A stretch of DNA of 64,000 nt from an uncultured Bacilli bacterium (GCA_934098745.1 CAKOPG010000009.1:51-64050), one strand, 5' to 3'; shown: positions 10,545-21,291, numbered from the stretch's first letter. Notes: generated by a model not told the origin, from the sequence alone. Translations and numbers: made by a program.

Positions 10545-11876
10545 TTATTCCTCTCTTGCTAAATAATTAACAACTTTAATTAAATTCATTGCATGTGATC
10601 CCTTAACTAATATTGTATCACCATCTAAAATTAATTTATTAATATCTCTTAATAAATTATCATTATTATTAAAATGCTTTTTATTACCATTAAACTTGTT
10701 AAAAGTATCACGTGCTAAAGCCCCTACTGTTAGTAATAAATCTACACCATATTCATTACATAATTTTCCAATTTCCTCATGAATATCTTTGGCATATTCT
10801 TGAAGTTCCAAAATATCTGCAAATATAAATACTTTTCTACCATCCATCTTACTAAGAATAGATAAAGCATTTATAACTGAATCTAAACTAGCATTATATG
10901 TATCATCAATAATGGTGTATTTTTTTCTTTTAATAATCTCTAATCTATGTGGACTAAGAGAAAACTCTTTAAGAGATTCTTCAATAGCCTTTTCACTAAT
11001 TCCTAATTTTCTTCCTACCGCATAAGCAAACAATGCATTATATACAAAAGCAATACTTCCCACAGGAACAGTTAAATAATTATCTAAAATAGCAAATTTA
11101 GAATAACTACCATAATCCATAATATCATGTGCCATATAATCACTATCATTATCAATTCCAATAGTAATTAAATTATCATATTTAACTGTTCTTAACATAT
11201 CATTATCATTATTGATAATTAAAATACCATGATGCATACCATCTAATATTTCTAACTTAGCCTTTAAAATATTTTCTCTACTCCCCAAATTACCAATATG
11301 AGCAGTTCCAATATTGGTAATAACTGCTATATCAGGACATGCTACATTCGATAAAATATGTAATTCTCCCGCATGATTCATTCCCATTTCCAATACCATG
11401 GCATTTTCTTTATCTAAATTAAGAATTGTTAACGGCAATCCAATATTATTATTCATATTCCCTTTAGTAGCTAAAACATCATATTTACTACTTAAAACCT
11501 TAGTAATCATATCCTTAACAGATGTCTTACCGACACTTCCCGTAACAGCTACCACAGGTATATCATATAAACTTCGCTTATATTTAGCTAACTTAAGTAT
11601 TGCTTCTACTGAATTATCTACTAAAATAATAGTTTCATTCTTTTTATATTTTTTATCTAATACTTCTTCATTATCTATTATACAGACAACTGCGCCCTTA
11701 TCTATTGCTTCTTTATAAAAAGTATTTCCATCAAATACTTCTCCCTTAATACCTACATAGACATCTCCCTTATTAATTGTTCTCGTATCCTTAGAAAAAG
11801 ATTTACATAATATATTCTCATCACCACATACAAGTTTTCCCTTACATATATTAACTATATCTTTAACATAAATCAT
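10545..11876 (-). CDS. murF: UDP-MurNAc-tripeptide--D-alanyl-D-alanine ligase
   Basis: Mur ligase P-loop VTGSVGKTS. Length and domain order match MurF. RBS GAGGTG lies 7 nt before the ATG at 11876. Confidence 0.9.
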   Translation of the reverse strand: MIYVKDIVNICKGKLVCGDENILCKSFSKDTRTINKGDVYVGIKGEVFDGNTFYKEAIDKGAVVCIIDNEEVLDKKYKKNETIILVDNSVEAILKLAKYKRSLYDIPVVAVTGSVGKTSVKDMITKVLSSKYDVLATKGNMNNNIGLPLTILNLDKENAMVLEMGMNHAGELHILSNVACPDIAVITNIGTAHIGNLGSRENILKAKLEILDGMHHGILIINNDNDMLRTVKYDNLITIGIDNDSDYMAHDIMDYGSYSKFAILDNYLTVPVGSIAFVYNALFAYAVGRKLGISEKAIEESLKEFSLSPHRLEIIKRKKYTIIDDTYNASLDSVINALSILSKMDGRKVFIFADILELQEYAKDIHEEIGKLCNEYGVDLLLTVGALARDTFNKFNGNKKHFNNNDNLLRDINKLILDGDTILVKGSHAMNLIKVVNYLAREE

Positions 11877-12091
11877 TTTCATCACCTCACTATTAATTTA
11901 TGATTCAATCTATAAATCTATATTATTATATCATAAGTTCAAACTAAATAACAAACATGTCTAATAAATCACTTTAATATAAAAAAGTAAAACGTAAAAT
12001 AAATATTTCCTTAAAAATTAATTCAAATAAAATAATTTCTTGTATTATCACGCATAAAAAAAGCTAGTTTTTATATATTTTATTAACTAGC

Positions 12092-12430
12092 TTATAACTT
12101 TGTTTTAGTATTGTTAGACATTACACAAATCATATTAATAACAAAATCAAGTTCTGAATTAGAAAGATATGAACAATATTGCGTTACTTTCTTAATTTTA
12201 TTAAGCTTAGCTTCAGCTCCAGCTTTACCATCTAAATTAATACCTAATAAAGAATCTATACTGATACTGAAAGCCTCAGCTAATCTAGTCAATACCTCTG
12301 CCGTAGGCAAAGATTTATTAGTTTCTATTCTTGATAAATAATTTCTATTGATTTTCAAAATTTTAGCCATTTCTTCCTGACTAATATTATTATTGTATCT
12401 AATATTCTTGATTTTACTTCCTAAATCCAT
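12092..12430 (-). CDS. XRE-family helix-turn-helix transcriptional regulator
   Basis: N-terminal HTH_3 pattern (IKNIRYNNNISQEEMAKILKINRNYLSRIETNKSLP). RBS GGAGGT. Confidence 0.8.
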   Translation of the reverse strand: MDLGSKIKNIRYNNNISQEEMAKILKINRNYLSRIETNKSLPTAEVLTRLAEAFSISIDSLLGINLDGKAGAEAKLNKIKKVTQYCSYLSNSELDFVINMICVMSNNTKTKL

Positions 12431-12505
12431 AATTACCTCCATAAAACATATAACACATAATAATTATAATAAAATATGTATCATAATTCCCTCTGTTATC
12501 AAAAT

Positions 12506-12550
12506 ATTACCATAATTGGTAAAATTATTACCAAAAATTACCAAAAAAAA
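12506..12550. promoter_or_regulatory. Operator-like ATTACCA repeat cluster in the divergent XRE/HD intergenic region
   Basis: ATTACCAtaaTTGGTAAaattATTACCAaaaATTACCAaaa. Three direct copies plus one inverted copy. Confidence 0.4.
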
Positions 12551-12681
12551 TTTAAAATCCGATAAGTAAAATCATTGAAAAATAATCTTTCTTGTTATAT
12601 ACTTAATATATATAAAGTTAAAAGATATAATTCTTAAAGAATTAATTACATAAATATATGCATATGAAAGAGGTACTATAT

Positions 12682-13428
12682 ATGAGAAGTAGTAGATTAT
12701 TAAAAGTATTTGAAGAATATATAAAAAAAATAGATATGACTAATAGTTATGCCAAAGCTAAATATTTTCATTCCTTAAAATCAATGGATTTAGCAAGAAC
12801 TATTGCTACTAGTTTAAACATATTTACAGATGAAGAAATTGTCTATATTGAGTTGATTGCTTTATTTCATGATATTGGTAATTTTGAACAATCTAATCAT
12901 AATTTCTTAGATAATGAAGAAGAAGATCGCGCTATGCATTCAATAGAAATATTATTTGATGGTGGCTTAATTAGAAAAATAACTGATGAAACTAAGTACG
13001 ATAATATTATCAAACTAGCTATATATTGTCATGACAAAGAAGGTTTACCTAAGAATATTGATGATAAAACAATAACTATTTGTAATATTATGAAAGATGT
13101 TCATAAATTAGAAGAATTACGTATGTTAATAAATTATCCATATATAGATAATCGTATTAATAGTTATCCCAGTGTTTTAGTATATAATGAATTCAAATTA
13201 TTTAGACAATTAAATAATAAATTATCTGATAATAATGCTGATAATATATTAATTGTGCTATCTAACTTATTTGGCTTTAATTATCAAATAAGCTATACTA
13301 TTATAAATGATAATAATTATATTGAAAAAATAATTTCATCTTTAATATTTGAAGATCGTAAAATAGAAAAATTCTTTAAACAAATAGAAGCTGTTTTAAA
13401 AGGCTACTTAAAAAAGAAGTTAAATTAA
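12682..13428 (+). CDS. HD-domain phosphohydrolase-like protein
   Basis: H...HD motif (LIALFHDIGNF) and a downstream His/Asp pair (YCHDKE). RBS AAAGAGGT. Confidence 0.65.
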   Translation: MRSSRLLKVFEEYIKKIDMTNSYAKAKYFHSLKSMDLARTIATSLNIFTDEEIVYIELIALFHDIGNFEQSNHNFLDNEEEDRAMHSIEILFDGGLIRKITDETKYDNIIKLAIYCHDKEGLPKNIDDKTITICNIMKDVHKLEELRMLINYPYIDNRINSYPSVLVYNEFKLFRQLNNKLSDNNADNILIVLSNLFGFNYQISYTIINDNNYIEKIISSLIFEDRKIEKFFKQIEAVLKGYLKKKLN

Positions 13429-13466
13429 TTATTGTAAATGGTTAATTTATATGATATAATACAGAT

Positions 13467-13700
13467 TATCAAAAACCAAGACCGAGAGGAGTAAGATATT
13501 TTTAATTCAAAGAGAGTTAGTGTTTGGTGTAAACTAATAATTATAATATCTGAAGGTAGCTCGTGAGTTGTATATTTGAAATTAAGTAGAATATACCGGT
13601 TAACCCCGTTAAAGTTTCAAGTGATAGATTAGTCTATAAGAAAGGTGGTACCACGAGTAGTCTCGCCCTTTCATTATAGACTTTTTATTTTTTAGAAAGG
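13467..13700 (+). promoter_or_regulatory. T-box leader (tRNA-sensing riboswitch) controlling valS
   Basis: The consensus-like promoter TTGTAA (13432-13437), 17-nt spacer, TATAAT (13455-13460) precedes it. AGAGA-type stem I elements are present. The conserved T-box core AAAGGTGGTACCACG is at 13641-13655, followed by a terminator arm and T-runs just before valS. Confidence 0.8.
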
Positions 13701-13709
13701 AATGATATT

Positions 13710-16247
13710 ATGTTAGAAAAAAAATATAATCATAAAGAAGTTGAAAGTGGAAAATATAGCAAATGGCAAGAATCTGGTTATTTTAATTCCGGAGATTTAT
13801 CCAAGGAACCTTACTGTATTGTTATTCCTCCTCCAAATGTAACTGGTAAATTACACCTAGGACATGCTTGGGATACCGCCTTACAAGATATCATTATTAG
13901 ATATAAAAGAATGCAAGGATATGATTGCCTTTGGTTGCCAGGAATGGATCATGCCGGCATCGCTACTCAAGCAAAAATCGATAAACGCCTTCGTGATGAA
14001 GGAATTAATCCGCGTAGCTTAACTAGAGAAGAGTGGTTGGAACATGCTTGGGCTTGGAAAAAAGAATATGCTGACTTTATTCATACTCAGTGGGCTCGTC
14101 TTGGCCTAAGCCTAGATTATTCTAAAGAAAGATTTACTCTTGATGAAGGACTAAATTATGCGGTTAGAAAAGTTTTCGTAGATTTATATAATAAAGGACT
14201 TATCTATCGTGGCGAAAGAATTATTAACTGGGATCCCGTTCAAATGACGGCCTTATCGAGTGAAGAAGTTATTTATAAAGAAGATAAAGGAGCTTTCTAT
14301 CACATAAAATATTATATTGATGGCACAGATAAATATCTTGATGTCGCTACTACTAGACCAGAAACCCTATTCGGAGATACTGCTGTTGCTGTAAATCCTA
14401 AAGATGAAAGATATAAAGAATATATTGGTAAAAATGTTATATTACCAATTGTAGGTAAAAAAATTCCTATTATTGCTGATAATCATGCCGACCCAGAATT
14501 TGGTACCGGTGTTGTTAAAATCACTCCTGCACATGATCCTAATGACTTTGAAGTAGGAAATAGACACCATCTAGAAAGAGTCGTAATCATGAATCCTGAT
14601 GCTACCATGAATGAATTAACTGGTAAATATCAAGGTATGACAAGAGAGGCATGCCGTGAAGAATTAATTAAAGATTTACAAGAACAAGATCTTCTTATTA
14701 GTATTGAAGAAATGACGCACTCTGTAGGACATTCTGAAAGAAGTGACGCTGTAATTGAACCATACCTATCAAAACAATGGTTTGTAAAAATGCGTCCTTT
14801 AGCAGATGCTGTACTAGCTAATCAAAAAAATAAAGATACCAAAGTAAATTTTGTTCCAGAAAGATTTGAAAAAATTATGAATCACTGGATGGAAATAACT
14901 TATGATTGGTGTATTTCTCGTCAACTATGGTGGGGTCATCGTATTCCTGTTTGGTATAAAGATGATGAAGTATATTGTGGCATGGAAGCCCCTAAAGGCG
15001 AAGGTTGGGTTCAAGACCCTGATGTTCTAGATACATGGTTCTCATCAGCTTTATGGCCATTTTCTACCCTTGGTTGGCCTAATGATACTGCCGATTTTAA
15101 AAGATACTATCCTAATAACGTTCTAGTAACTGGTTATGATATTATTCCTTTTTGGGTTAATCGTATGACTTTCCAAGGCCTTGAATTCACCGGTCGTCGT
15201 CCATTTAAAGATTGCTTAATACACGGTCTTATTCGAGATAAACTAGGTAGAAAATTCTCTAAATCCCTAGGTAATGGTGTTGATCCTATGGATATGTGTG
15301 AAATATATGGCGCTGATGCTCTAAGATATTACCTAACAACCACTGCTGCTAATGGTACAGATATTCGTTTTGATGAAGATAAAATTAAAGCTACTTGGAA
15401 CTTCATAAACAAACTATGGAATGCCACAAGATTTACTCTTCTAAATATTGAAGATTTAAAAGAAATTAAACTAGATAATTTGAATGTTGCGGATAAATGG
15501 ATCTTATCAAAATATGAAAAAACAATAAAAGAAGTAACAAAGTATATGGATAAATATGAATTTAATAATGCTACCAATACAATATATACATTTACTTGGT
15601 CTAATTTCTGTGATAATTATATTGAAATGTCTAAATTCACTATTGATAAATGTTCGACAAAATCAACATTATGCTACGTCCTAACAGGTATACTAAAAAT
15701 GCTTAGCCCATTTATGCCATTTGTAACAGATGAATTATATTGTAATCTCCCAATTAAAGATGCTAAAGACATTATGATCTCTTCTTATCCAAAATATGAT
15801 AAATCATTAATAAGTTCTACCAAAGAATTAGATGAAGCTATTGAATTTATAACTCTATATAGGAATAAAATAAAAGAACTAAATATCAAAAATTACCAAG
15901 TAATTAATCATATTGACAATGTCGAAATATCTACCTTAGTTCTAAATATGCTAAAACTAAATGATAAAATAACCACTAATAACAATTCATTTGAATTAAA
16001 AGAAACTATTAAATTAGGAACTCTATTTATAGAAGTACTATATAATGATGAAGTAGATCATCAAAAAGAGTTAGAAAGTCTTCTTAAAGAAAAAGAAAAA
16101 TTAATCGGTTCTATTGCCAGAAGAGAAAAATTACTATCAAATGAAAACTATGTTGCTAAAGCTCCTGCAAGTGTAGTAGAATTAGATCGTACTAACTTAG
16201 CAAAAGAGGAGAGTAGACTAAAAGAAATTTTAGAAAAGTTAAACTAA
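13710..16247 (+). CDS. valS: Valyl-tRNA synthetase
   Basis: Class I HIGH (GKLHLGHAW) and KMSKS-like (KFSKSLGN) motifs. C-terminal coiled coil. 845 aa. Confidence 0.97.
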   Translation: MLEKKYNHKEVESGKYSKWQESGYFNSGDLSKEPYCIVIPPPNVTGKLHLGHAWDTALQDIIIRYKRMQGYDCLWLPGMDHAGIATQAKIDKRLRDEGINPRSLTREEWLEHAWAWKKEYADFIHTQWARLGLSLDYSKERFTLDEGLNYAVRKVFVDLYNKGLIYRGERIINWDPVQMTALSSEEVIYKEDKGAFYHIKYYIDGTDKYLDVATTRPETLFGDTAVAVNPKDERYKEYIGKNVILPIVGKKIPIIADNHADPEFGTGVVKITPAHDPNDFEVGNRHHLERVVIMNPDATMNELTGKYQGMTREACREELIKDLQEQDLLISIEEMTHSVGHSERSDAVIEPYLSKQWFVKMRPLADAVLANQKNKDTKVNFVPERFEKIMNHWMEITYDWCISRQLWWGHRIPVWYKDDEVYCGMEAPKGEGWVQDPDVLDTWFSSALWPFSTLGWPNDTADFKRYYPNNVLVTGYDIIPFWVNRMTFQGLEFTGRRPFKDCLIHGLIRDKLGRKFSKSLGNGVDPMDMCEIYGADALRYYLTTTAANGTDIRFDEDKIKATWNFINKLWNATRFTLLNIEDLKEIKLDNLNVADKWILSKYEKTIKEVTKYMDKYEFNNATNTIYTFTWSNFCDNYIEMSKFTIDKCSTKSTLCYVLTGILKMLSPFMPFVTDELYCNLPIKDAKDIMISSYPKYDKSLISSTKELDEAIEFITLYRNKIKELNIKNYQVINHIDNVEISTLVLNMLKLNDKITTNNNSFELKETIKLGTLFIEVLYNDEVDHQKELESLLKEKEKLIGSIARREKLLSNENYVAKAPASVVELDRTNLAKEESRLKEILEKLN

Positions 16248-16373
16248 ATAAAGAAGAATAATAATTTGATATCTTAGATATCTTAGATATCTTAACTTTA
16301 CAGTTTTTTACCAACCATATTTATAATACAACCAAGAAAAGTAAAAAAATAAGATAAAAATATAACAAAAAGG

Positions 16374-16850
16374 TTAACTACGAAAAATAGTTAACTTTTT
16401 AATTTGCTTAATAGTAGTCTTCTCTTCAGCACTATTCTTATATTTCTCTACCTGATCCATTAAAGTCTTTAGCTTTATATAATTATCTAAAACCATATAA
16501 TATTCCCCATTTGAAGAAACAATATGTTTAATAATCTTCTTATAGTTTGTCGGAGCTACTCCCATAACCTTTTTAAATATCTCTGAAAAATATTCTAAAG
16601 AATTAAAACCATTTTCTAAAGCGATTCTCATCATTGATTTATTACTCTCATTAATATCTTGTATACTATGATATATTCTTAATCTATTAATATAATCAAA
16701 TATCGTAACCTTTAACTTCCTCTTAAAAACCTTCATTATATAGTATCTATTATAATAAAATTTATCCTCTAATACTTTAATAGTTATATTACTATCTATA
16801 TTAATATTAATAAAATCTAATATTTGTTTAACCAATCTATTAGTATTCAT
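16374..16850 (-). CDS. AraC-family transcriptional regulator (HTH_18 only)
   Basis: The C-terminal dual HTH pattern (IALENGFNSLEYFSEIFKKVMGVAPTNYKK) is typical of AraC/XylS. Confidence 0.75.
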   Translation of the reverse strand: MNTNRLVKQILDFININIDSNITIKVLEDKFYYNRYYIMKVFKRKLKVTIFDYINRLRIYHSIQDINESNKSMMRIALENGFNSLEYFSEIFKKVMGVAPTNYKKIIKHIVSSNGEYYMVLDNYIKLKTLMDQVEKYKNSAEEKTTIKQIKKLTIFRS

Positions 16851-16944
16851 TTTCTTCACCAAACTAATTATATCATAAAAGCCACTATTGTTTAAGTATA
16901 TTTATAAAAAATGATTTACAATGTTAGTGAAAGGAGATATTAGT

Positions 16945-18285
16945 ATGAGTTATGCATATTGGGAAAAAGAAAATAATATTGAAAAGAATTTAAAAAAAAT
17001 AAGTTTTGAAGGTGAAATAGAATCGTCAGGTATTCCAGTAATCTATGATAAAAATGGTTGCTATATTACAAAAGGAATTGCTCACTCTTTAATCGTTGGT
17101 TCTACTGGCAGTGGTAAGACACAAGCATTAATTCTTCCATTGATTAGATTATCACTTCGTGCAAATGAATCACTAATTGTTAATGACAATCGTGGAGATA
17201 TCTATGAAAGGACTGCTGCTGACTTTATCAAGAATGGCTATAACGTTATCGTATTAGACTTTGACAAATCGATGTATGGTAATTCTTGGAATCCATTAAT
17301 TTTGCCATATGAAGAGTATAAGAATAATCATAAAGATATAGCTAGTAAACTACTAGAGTATCTTTCATACTATCTATTTAATGATGAAAAAAATACCAAT
17401 ACCGATCCATTTTGGATAGAGTCAGTATGTAATTATTTTACTGGTTTATGCCTATATCTATTTGATAATTATAGCAAAGAAGAAATAAATCTAACAAATG
17501 TTTTCAAACTATCTACTAAAGTAATTAAAGACAGTAATTTCTTAAAAACTATCGGAGAAGATAACATTATTTATTATAGCTTATCAAGTATTCTTGAAGC
17601 TCCTGAAGAAACAAAATTAAGTATTACTACAATGTTTAATCAAAAAATGAAAAAATATCTTGCAAATGAAAATCTTTCAAACATGATGCTAACTAGTGAT
17701 TTTGATATATCTAAAATAACAACTGAAAAGACAATCATCTATATAATTAATGGTTATCATAACTATGGTAATAATTTAACCCCATTATTTATAAGTCAAG
17801 TAATCGAATCAACTAATTTGCTACCATCTCATAATAAAAAGTTAAATATTGTTCTAGATGAGTTTGATCGCTTACTACCAATCAAAGATTTCCAAGAGAT
17901 AATCAATTACTCACGTAGCCTAAATATTTGTTTCACCGTAGTTATCCGTAGTTATCTAGATCTGGTAAATACTTATGGTAAAGAAAATATTGAATTAATT
18001 AAAATGTGCTTTGCTAACATTATCTATTTATTATCAAATGATATTTATACTTTAAATGAAATAAGTAGTTTATGTGGCAATAAAGAAGAAAATAATAAAA
18101 TAAGTCCATTAATAACTGTCGAAGAATTAAAAACTTTAAAGCCATTCGAAGCCATTTACTTATTAATTAGAAACATGCCATTTAAAACAACTTTAACACC
18201 TGATTGGCGCCTATTCCCAAATAGTGGCACCCAAAACTTACCATTACCTGAAAGAAAAAATAATTCTTATCAAAAAATTTCTTAA
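16945..18285 (+). CDS. VirD4/TraG/TraD-like coupling-protein-type P-loop ATPase, no TM segments
   Basis: HSLIVGSTGSGKTQALILP (Walker A context as in T4CPs). Walker B NIVLDEFDRLLP. A downstream RS...L...YG motif follows. Confidence 0.6.
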   Translation: MSYAYWEKENNIEKNLKKISFEGEIESSGIPVIYDKNGCYITKGIAHSLIVGSTGSGKTQALILPLIRLSLRANESLIVNDNRGDIYERTAADFIKNGYNVIVLDFDKSMYGNSWNPLILPYEEYKNNHKDIASKLLEYLSYYLFNDEKNTNTDPFWIESVCNYFTGLCLYLFDNYSKEEINLTNVFKLSTKVIKDSNFLKTIGEDNIIYYSLSSILEAPEETKLSITTMFNQKMKKYLANENLSNMMLTSDFDISKITTEKTIIYIINGYHNYGNNLTPLFISQVIESTNLLPSHNKKLNIVLDEFDRLLPIKDFQEIINYSRSLNICFTVVIRSYLDLVNTYGKENIELIKMCFANIIYLLSNDIYTLNEISSLCGNKEENNKISPLITVEELKTLKPFEAIYLLIRNMPFKTTLTPDWRLFPNSGTQNLPLPERKNNSYQKIS

Positions 18286-18378
18286 TCCCAAAACTTAATC
18301 TAAAATAAAGAAGAATACCTAAGAGGCCTCATACCTGAATAAGTATTCTTTTTTCACCATAATAACTATGGTGAAACA

Positions 18379-18963
18379 TATGAATGTAAAAACTATCTTA
18401 GTACTAGCTATTCTTTTTCTAGTTTTTCAAATTACTAGGCAAAAAACAAATATCTGAAATAAACATGTTTGACTATATCACCGGTATCACTATCGAATCA
18501 ATCGTAGCAGATATTTCTCTAGATATTGAAAAAATCTTCCAGGAGGCCTAATCTCCCTCTTAATATACTGTCTTATACTCGTTCTAATATCTTATCTTAG
18601 TTTAACATTCCTTTAAGAAACTTCTTTAACGGAAAAGAAACTATTCTCATGTCCTCTGGTCATCTAATAAGAAAGAATATGTCTCAAAAAAAATAACTAT
18701 CAATGTCTTAGAAAGAGAAGCTAGACTAATTGGCTACTTTCATTTAGAAGAATTAAATAATATCATCTTAGAATCCAATGGTAAAATGAGCTTTGAATCT
18801 AAAGAAAAAACAAACCTCTAACTAAAGAAGACACTCACATTTCTGTACGAGATAAAAGCCTTGCATATAATCTTATCATTGATGGCACTATCAATAAAGA
18901 AAACCTAAAACCTGTTAATATAACTATTAAATGGCTGAATCATGAATTAAAAATACATAGATA
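18379..18963 (+). pseudogene. Frameshifted, truncated paralogue of the DUF421 (YetF-like) gene at 28521-29195
   Basis: Pieces translate in three frames to NMFDYITGITIESIVADISLDIEK, NLPGGLISLLIYC and similar, matching the intact copy. Stops occur after 25 codons and at later frame junctions. Confidence 0.85.
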
Positions 18964-19147
18964 ATAATAAAAAAATTAACTATTATTTAAAATAAAAAAG
19001 ACTATAATTAGTCTATTCAGATAACTATCATCATATTATTAGAGTTTTAATTTAAATATCTAAACTTCAATTCAAATATCTAGAATACTATTTCTAAATA
19101 CTAGGAATACACTCTATAATAATAAAAATTAACTATCTGTGTTAGAG

Positions 19148-19711
19148 CTAATCATTAGTCCTTTTTAATTTTTGAAGATTGAAATCTTTCTTTAAAATAT
19201 TCATAAATACTTCATCTTCATATTTTCCATTAAAGTAAATAGCTTCTTTCCATACTCCGAATACTTTAAATCCACATTTTTCATAAGCCTTAAGAGCTCT
19301 CTTATTAAAAGCACAAGCTTTAAGCATAATATTATTCAAATTAAGATAATTAAATCCATAATCCAAAATAAGTTTTATAGCTTCGCTTCCATATCCACGG
19401 GATAAATAATCTTCATCGCCAATAAAGACACCCATTTCTGCATGACTATCAACTGAATCAATATTCATTAGTCCTATATTACCTAGTAGTTTATCATGTT
19501 CCTTATCAACAATTGCAAAAGTATAATTGCCATTTTTACCTAGATTATCTAACCATTCTTTTTCCGCTGGAATAGATAAAATCCTCTTAACATGCCCTAA
19601 GTATTTAGCTATTTCAAAATTATTTAACCACTCTACATACTGAACTAAATCTTCTGGGTTAATTGGCGATAAATATATTCTTTCTCCCACTATTTTTTTA
19701 AAATATCTCAT
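19148..19711 (-). CDS. GNAT family N-acetyltransferase (RimJ/RimL-like)
   Basis: Acetyl-CoA binding core (VFIGDEDYLSRGYGSEAIKLILDYGF). Start placed at MRYFKK, after an upstream terminator. Confidence 0.8.
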   Translation of the reverse strand: MRYFKKIVGERIYLSPINPEDLVQYVEWLNNFEIAKYLGHVKRILSIPAEKEWLDNLGKNGNYTFAIVDKEHDKLLGNIGLMNIDSVDSHAEMGVFIGDEDYLSRGYGSEAIKLILDYGFNYLNLNNIMLKACAFNKRALKAYEKCGFKVFGVWKEAIYFNGKYEDEVFMNILKKDFNLQKLKRTND

Positions 19712-19887
19712 TATCTTGTTCCTCCTTTCTAGTAACTGTGTACTAAAAAAAGACACACAATCACTTTGTATGTGACTCCGTATCTTAGATTACGTGTAAG
19801 CAAATTGCTCTATATAGCTAGGTTAAAAAACCATATATATACTCACAAAACTTAAATCCATTATAACATTATATATTTATTTGTCAA

Positions 19888-21291
19888 CTATAAAGTTTTA
19901 TTATTACTATTTATTGGTATTCCTACTAGTTGACAATGATTATCTAATGCTGTATAAAATCTAGAAGTATCGATATTATAATCTTCTGGTACATCGAACA
20001 TAATATCATTTACAAGTGTATCAGCTACCTTTAAAGCTTCGCTATAAGACATTCCTGGAGTAATATATTTCATATAATACATATCAGCTATATAATCATA
20101 TATTGGATAATATTCCTCTTGTTCTATCTCAATCTTATCACTATGATAATCTTTATACTGCGTATCTATTAAACTTAAAATAACGGTAGCATAATTATTA
20201 TCTTGATTATGTTCATCTAATTTTTTAGCAAAATAACTCAAACTATGATTAGCATAATCTTGAATTTTATAATTGTCCATGCACTCTAACATTACTTTAA
20301 GATAATTACTTTGTAACTGATATGCAATATCCTTTTCTTGATAATCAAATAGTCCTACAGTAAATAAAGAGTTTAAAGCCTCATCTACTATAACAAGTGA
20401 TAATGTAGGACCATCGCCTTGTATCTTAATCGTCTTACCATTATCATTTTTTATCCAAGCTAACCTAAATGCATGTGATATTTCATGAAAGATAACCTGA
20501 TATTCCCATGTTCCCTTTTTATATTCATAATCAGCTAAAGTATATATCTTATTTTTTGAACGAGAATAACAGGCACAAGAATCCATTGATAAAGATTCTA
20601 TCATAAGTTCATTCTTACTACATTCAATAACCTCTAAAGTCTTTAAATTCTCATAAAAAGCTCTTCTATCAGCTTCTGGATACTTTATACATACATTATC
20701 TATAAATTCTCTAATTATATCTTTATATTTTTTATCTATCTTATCATTATTATTTAAAACTTCTAATAACATTTCTCTAGAAACATTCTTATATCCTAAA
20801 TAATCATCTAAATATTCAGCGTCATATATGTATATAGCATCTGAATATTCATTATCTAATACTGTATCGACAACTAAGTCTTCTTCACTATCTTCTACGG
20901 TAAAAGAAACATGTCTTTGAATCTTGGATTCATCTAATAACTTATCCGAATATCCACTATTTTGAATATAACGTTCTTTCTTGATATCATATTTTATCTT
21001 AGCTCCCAAAGAAATAACAATAGGAAAAGTAAGTAGTACTGCTGTTCCTCTTATTAAAATTCTAGGAATAATATGTATCTTCTTATTATTCTTTTTTTCT
21101 CTAGTTATAAACATATTTTGTGGATAGCGACAAAAAATCCTAACAAATTCAATATATTCAAATATATTTACATAAGCATAACTACCATTAGGTAATATTT
21201 TTAAAAAGAAATACTTATTATTATCATCTAAAAGTAATTGATAAGCTTTCTTTTTATAATTAAATTTAACTAACTTTCTATACTCGTTCAT
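19888..21291 (-). CDS. Membrane-anchored protein with an HExxH zinc-metalloprotease-like motif
   Basis: One TM (GTAVLLTFPIVISLGA) near residue 100. VIFHEISHAF lies in the predicted external domain. Divergent from essC. Confidence 0.45.
   Translation of the reverse strand: MNEYRKLVKFNYKKKAYQLLLDDNNKYFFLKILPNGSYAYVNIFEYIEFVRIFCRYPQNMFITREKKNNKKIHIIPRILIRGTAVLLTFPIVISLGAKIKYDIKKERYIQNSGYSDKLLDESKIQRHVSFTVEDSEEDLVVDTVLDNEYSDAIYIYDAEYLDDYLGYKNVSREMLLEVLNNNDKIDKKYKDIIREFIDNVCIKYPEADRRAFYENLKTLEVIECSKNELMIESLSMDSCACYSRSKNKIYTLADYEYKKGTWEYQVIFHEISHAFRLAWIKNDNGKTIKIQGDGPTLSLVIVDEALNSLFTVGLFDYQEKDIAYQLQSNYLKVMLECMDNYKIQDYANHSLSYFAKKLDEHNQDNNYATVILSLIDTQYKDYHSDKIEIEQEEYYPIYDYIADMYYMKYITPGMSYSEALKVADTLVNDIMFDVPEDYNIDTSRFYTALDNHCQLVGIPINSNNKTL

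Noticed and set aside
10355-10570. 71-aa ORF in the supplied track
   Set aside because: It is read straight through tRNA-His (10396-10472) and the murF 3' end. It has no RBS, and the tRNA explains the sequence.
16268-16294. GATATCTTA x3 tandem repeat after valS
   Set aside because: It is a real 27-bp microsatellite-like repeat, each unit containing GATATC. But it is short and intergenic with no associated structure, so it is most likely slippage without function.
18961-19140. ATAATAATAAAAA(AA)TTAACTAT occurring twice, about 157 bp apart
   Set aside because: It is a very AT-rich, low-complexity match in a non-coding spacer. That is insufficient to call a mobile-element boundary.
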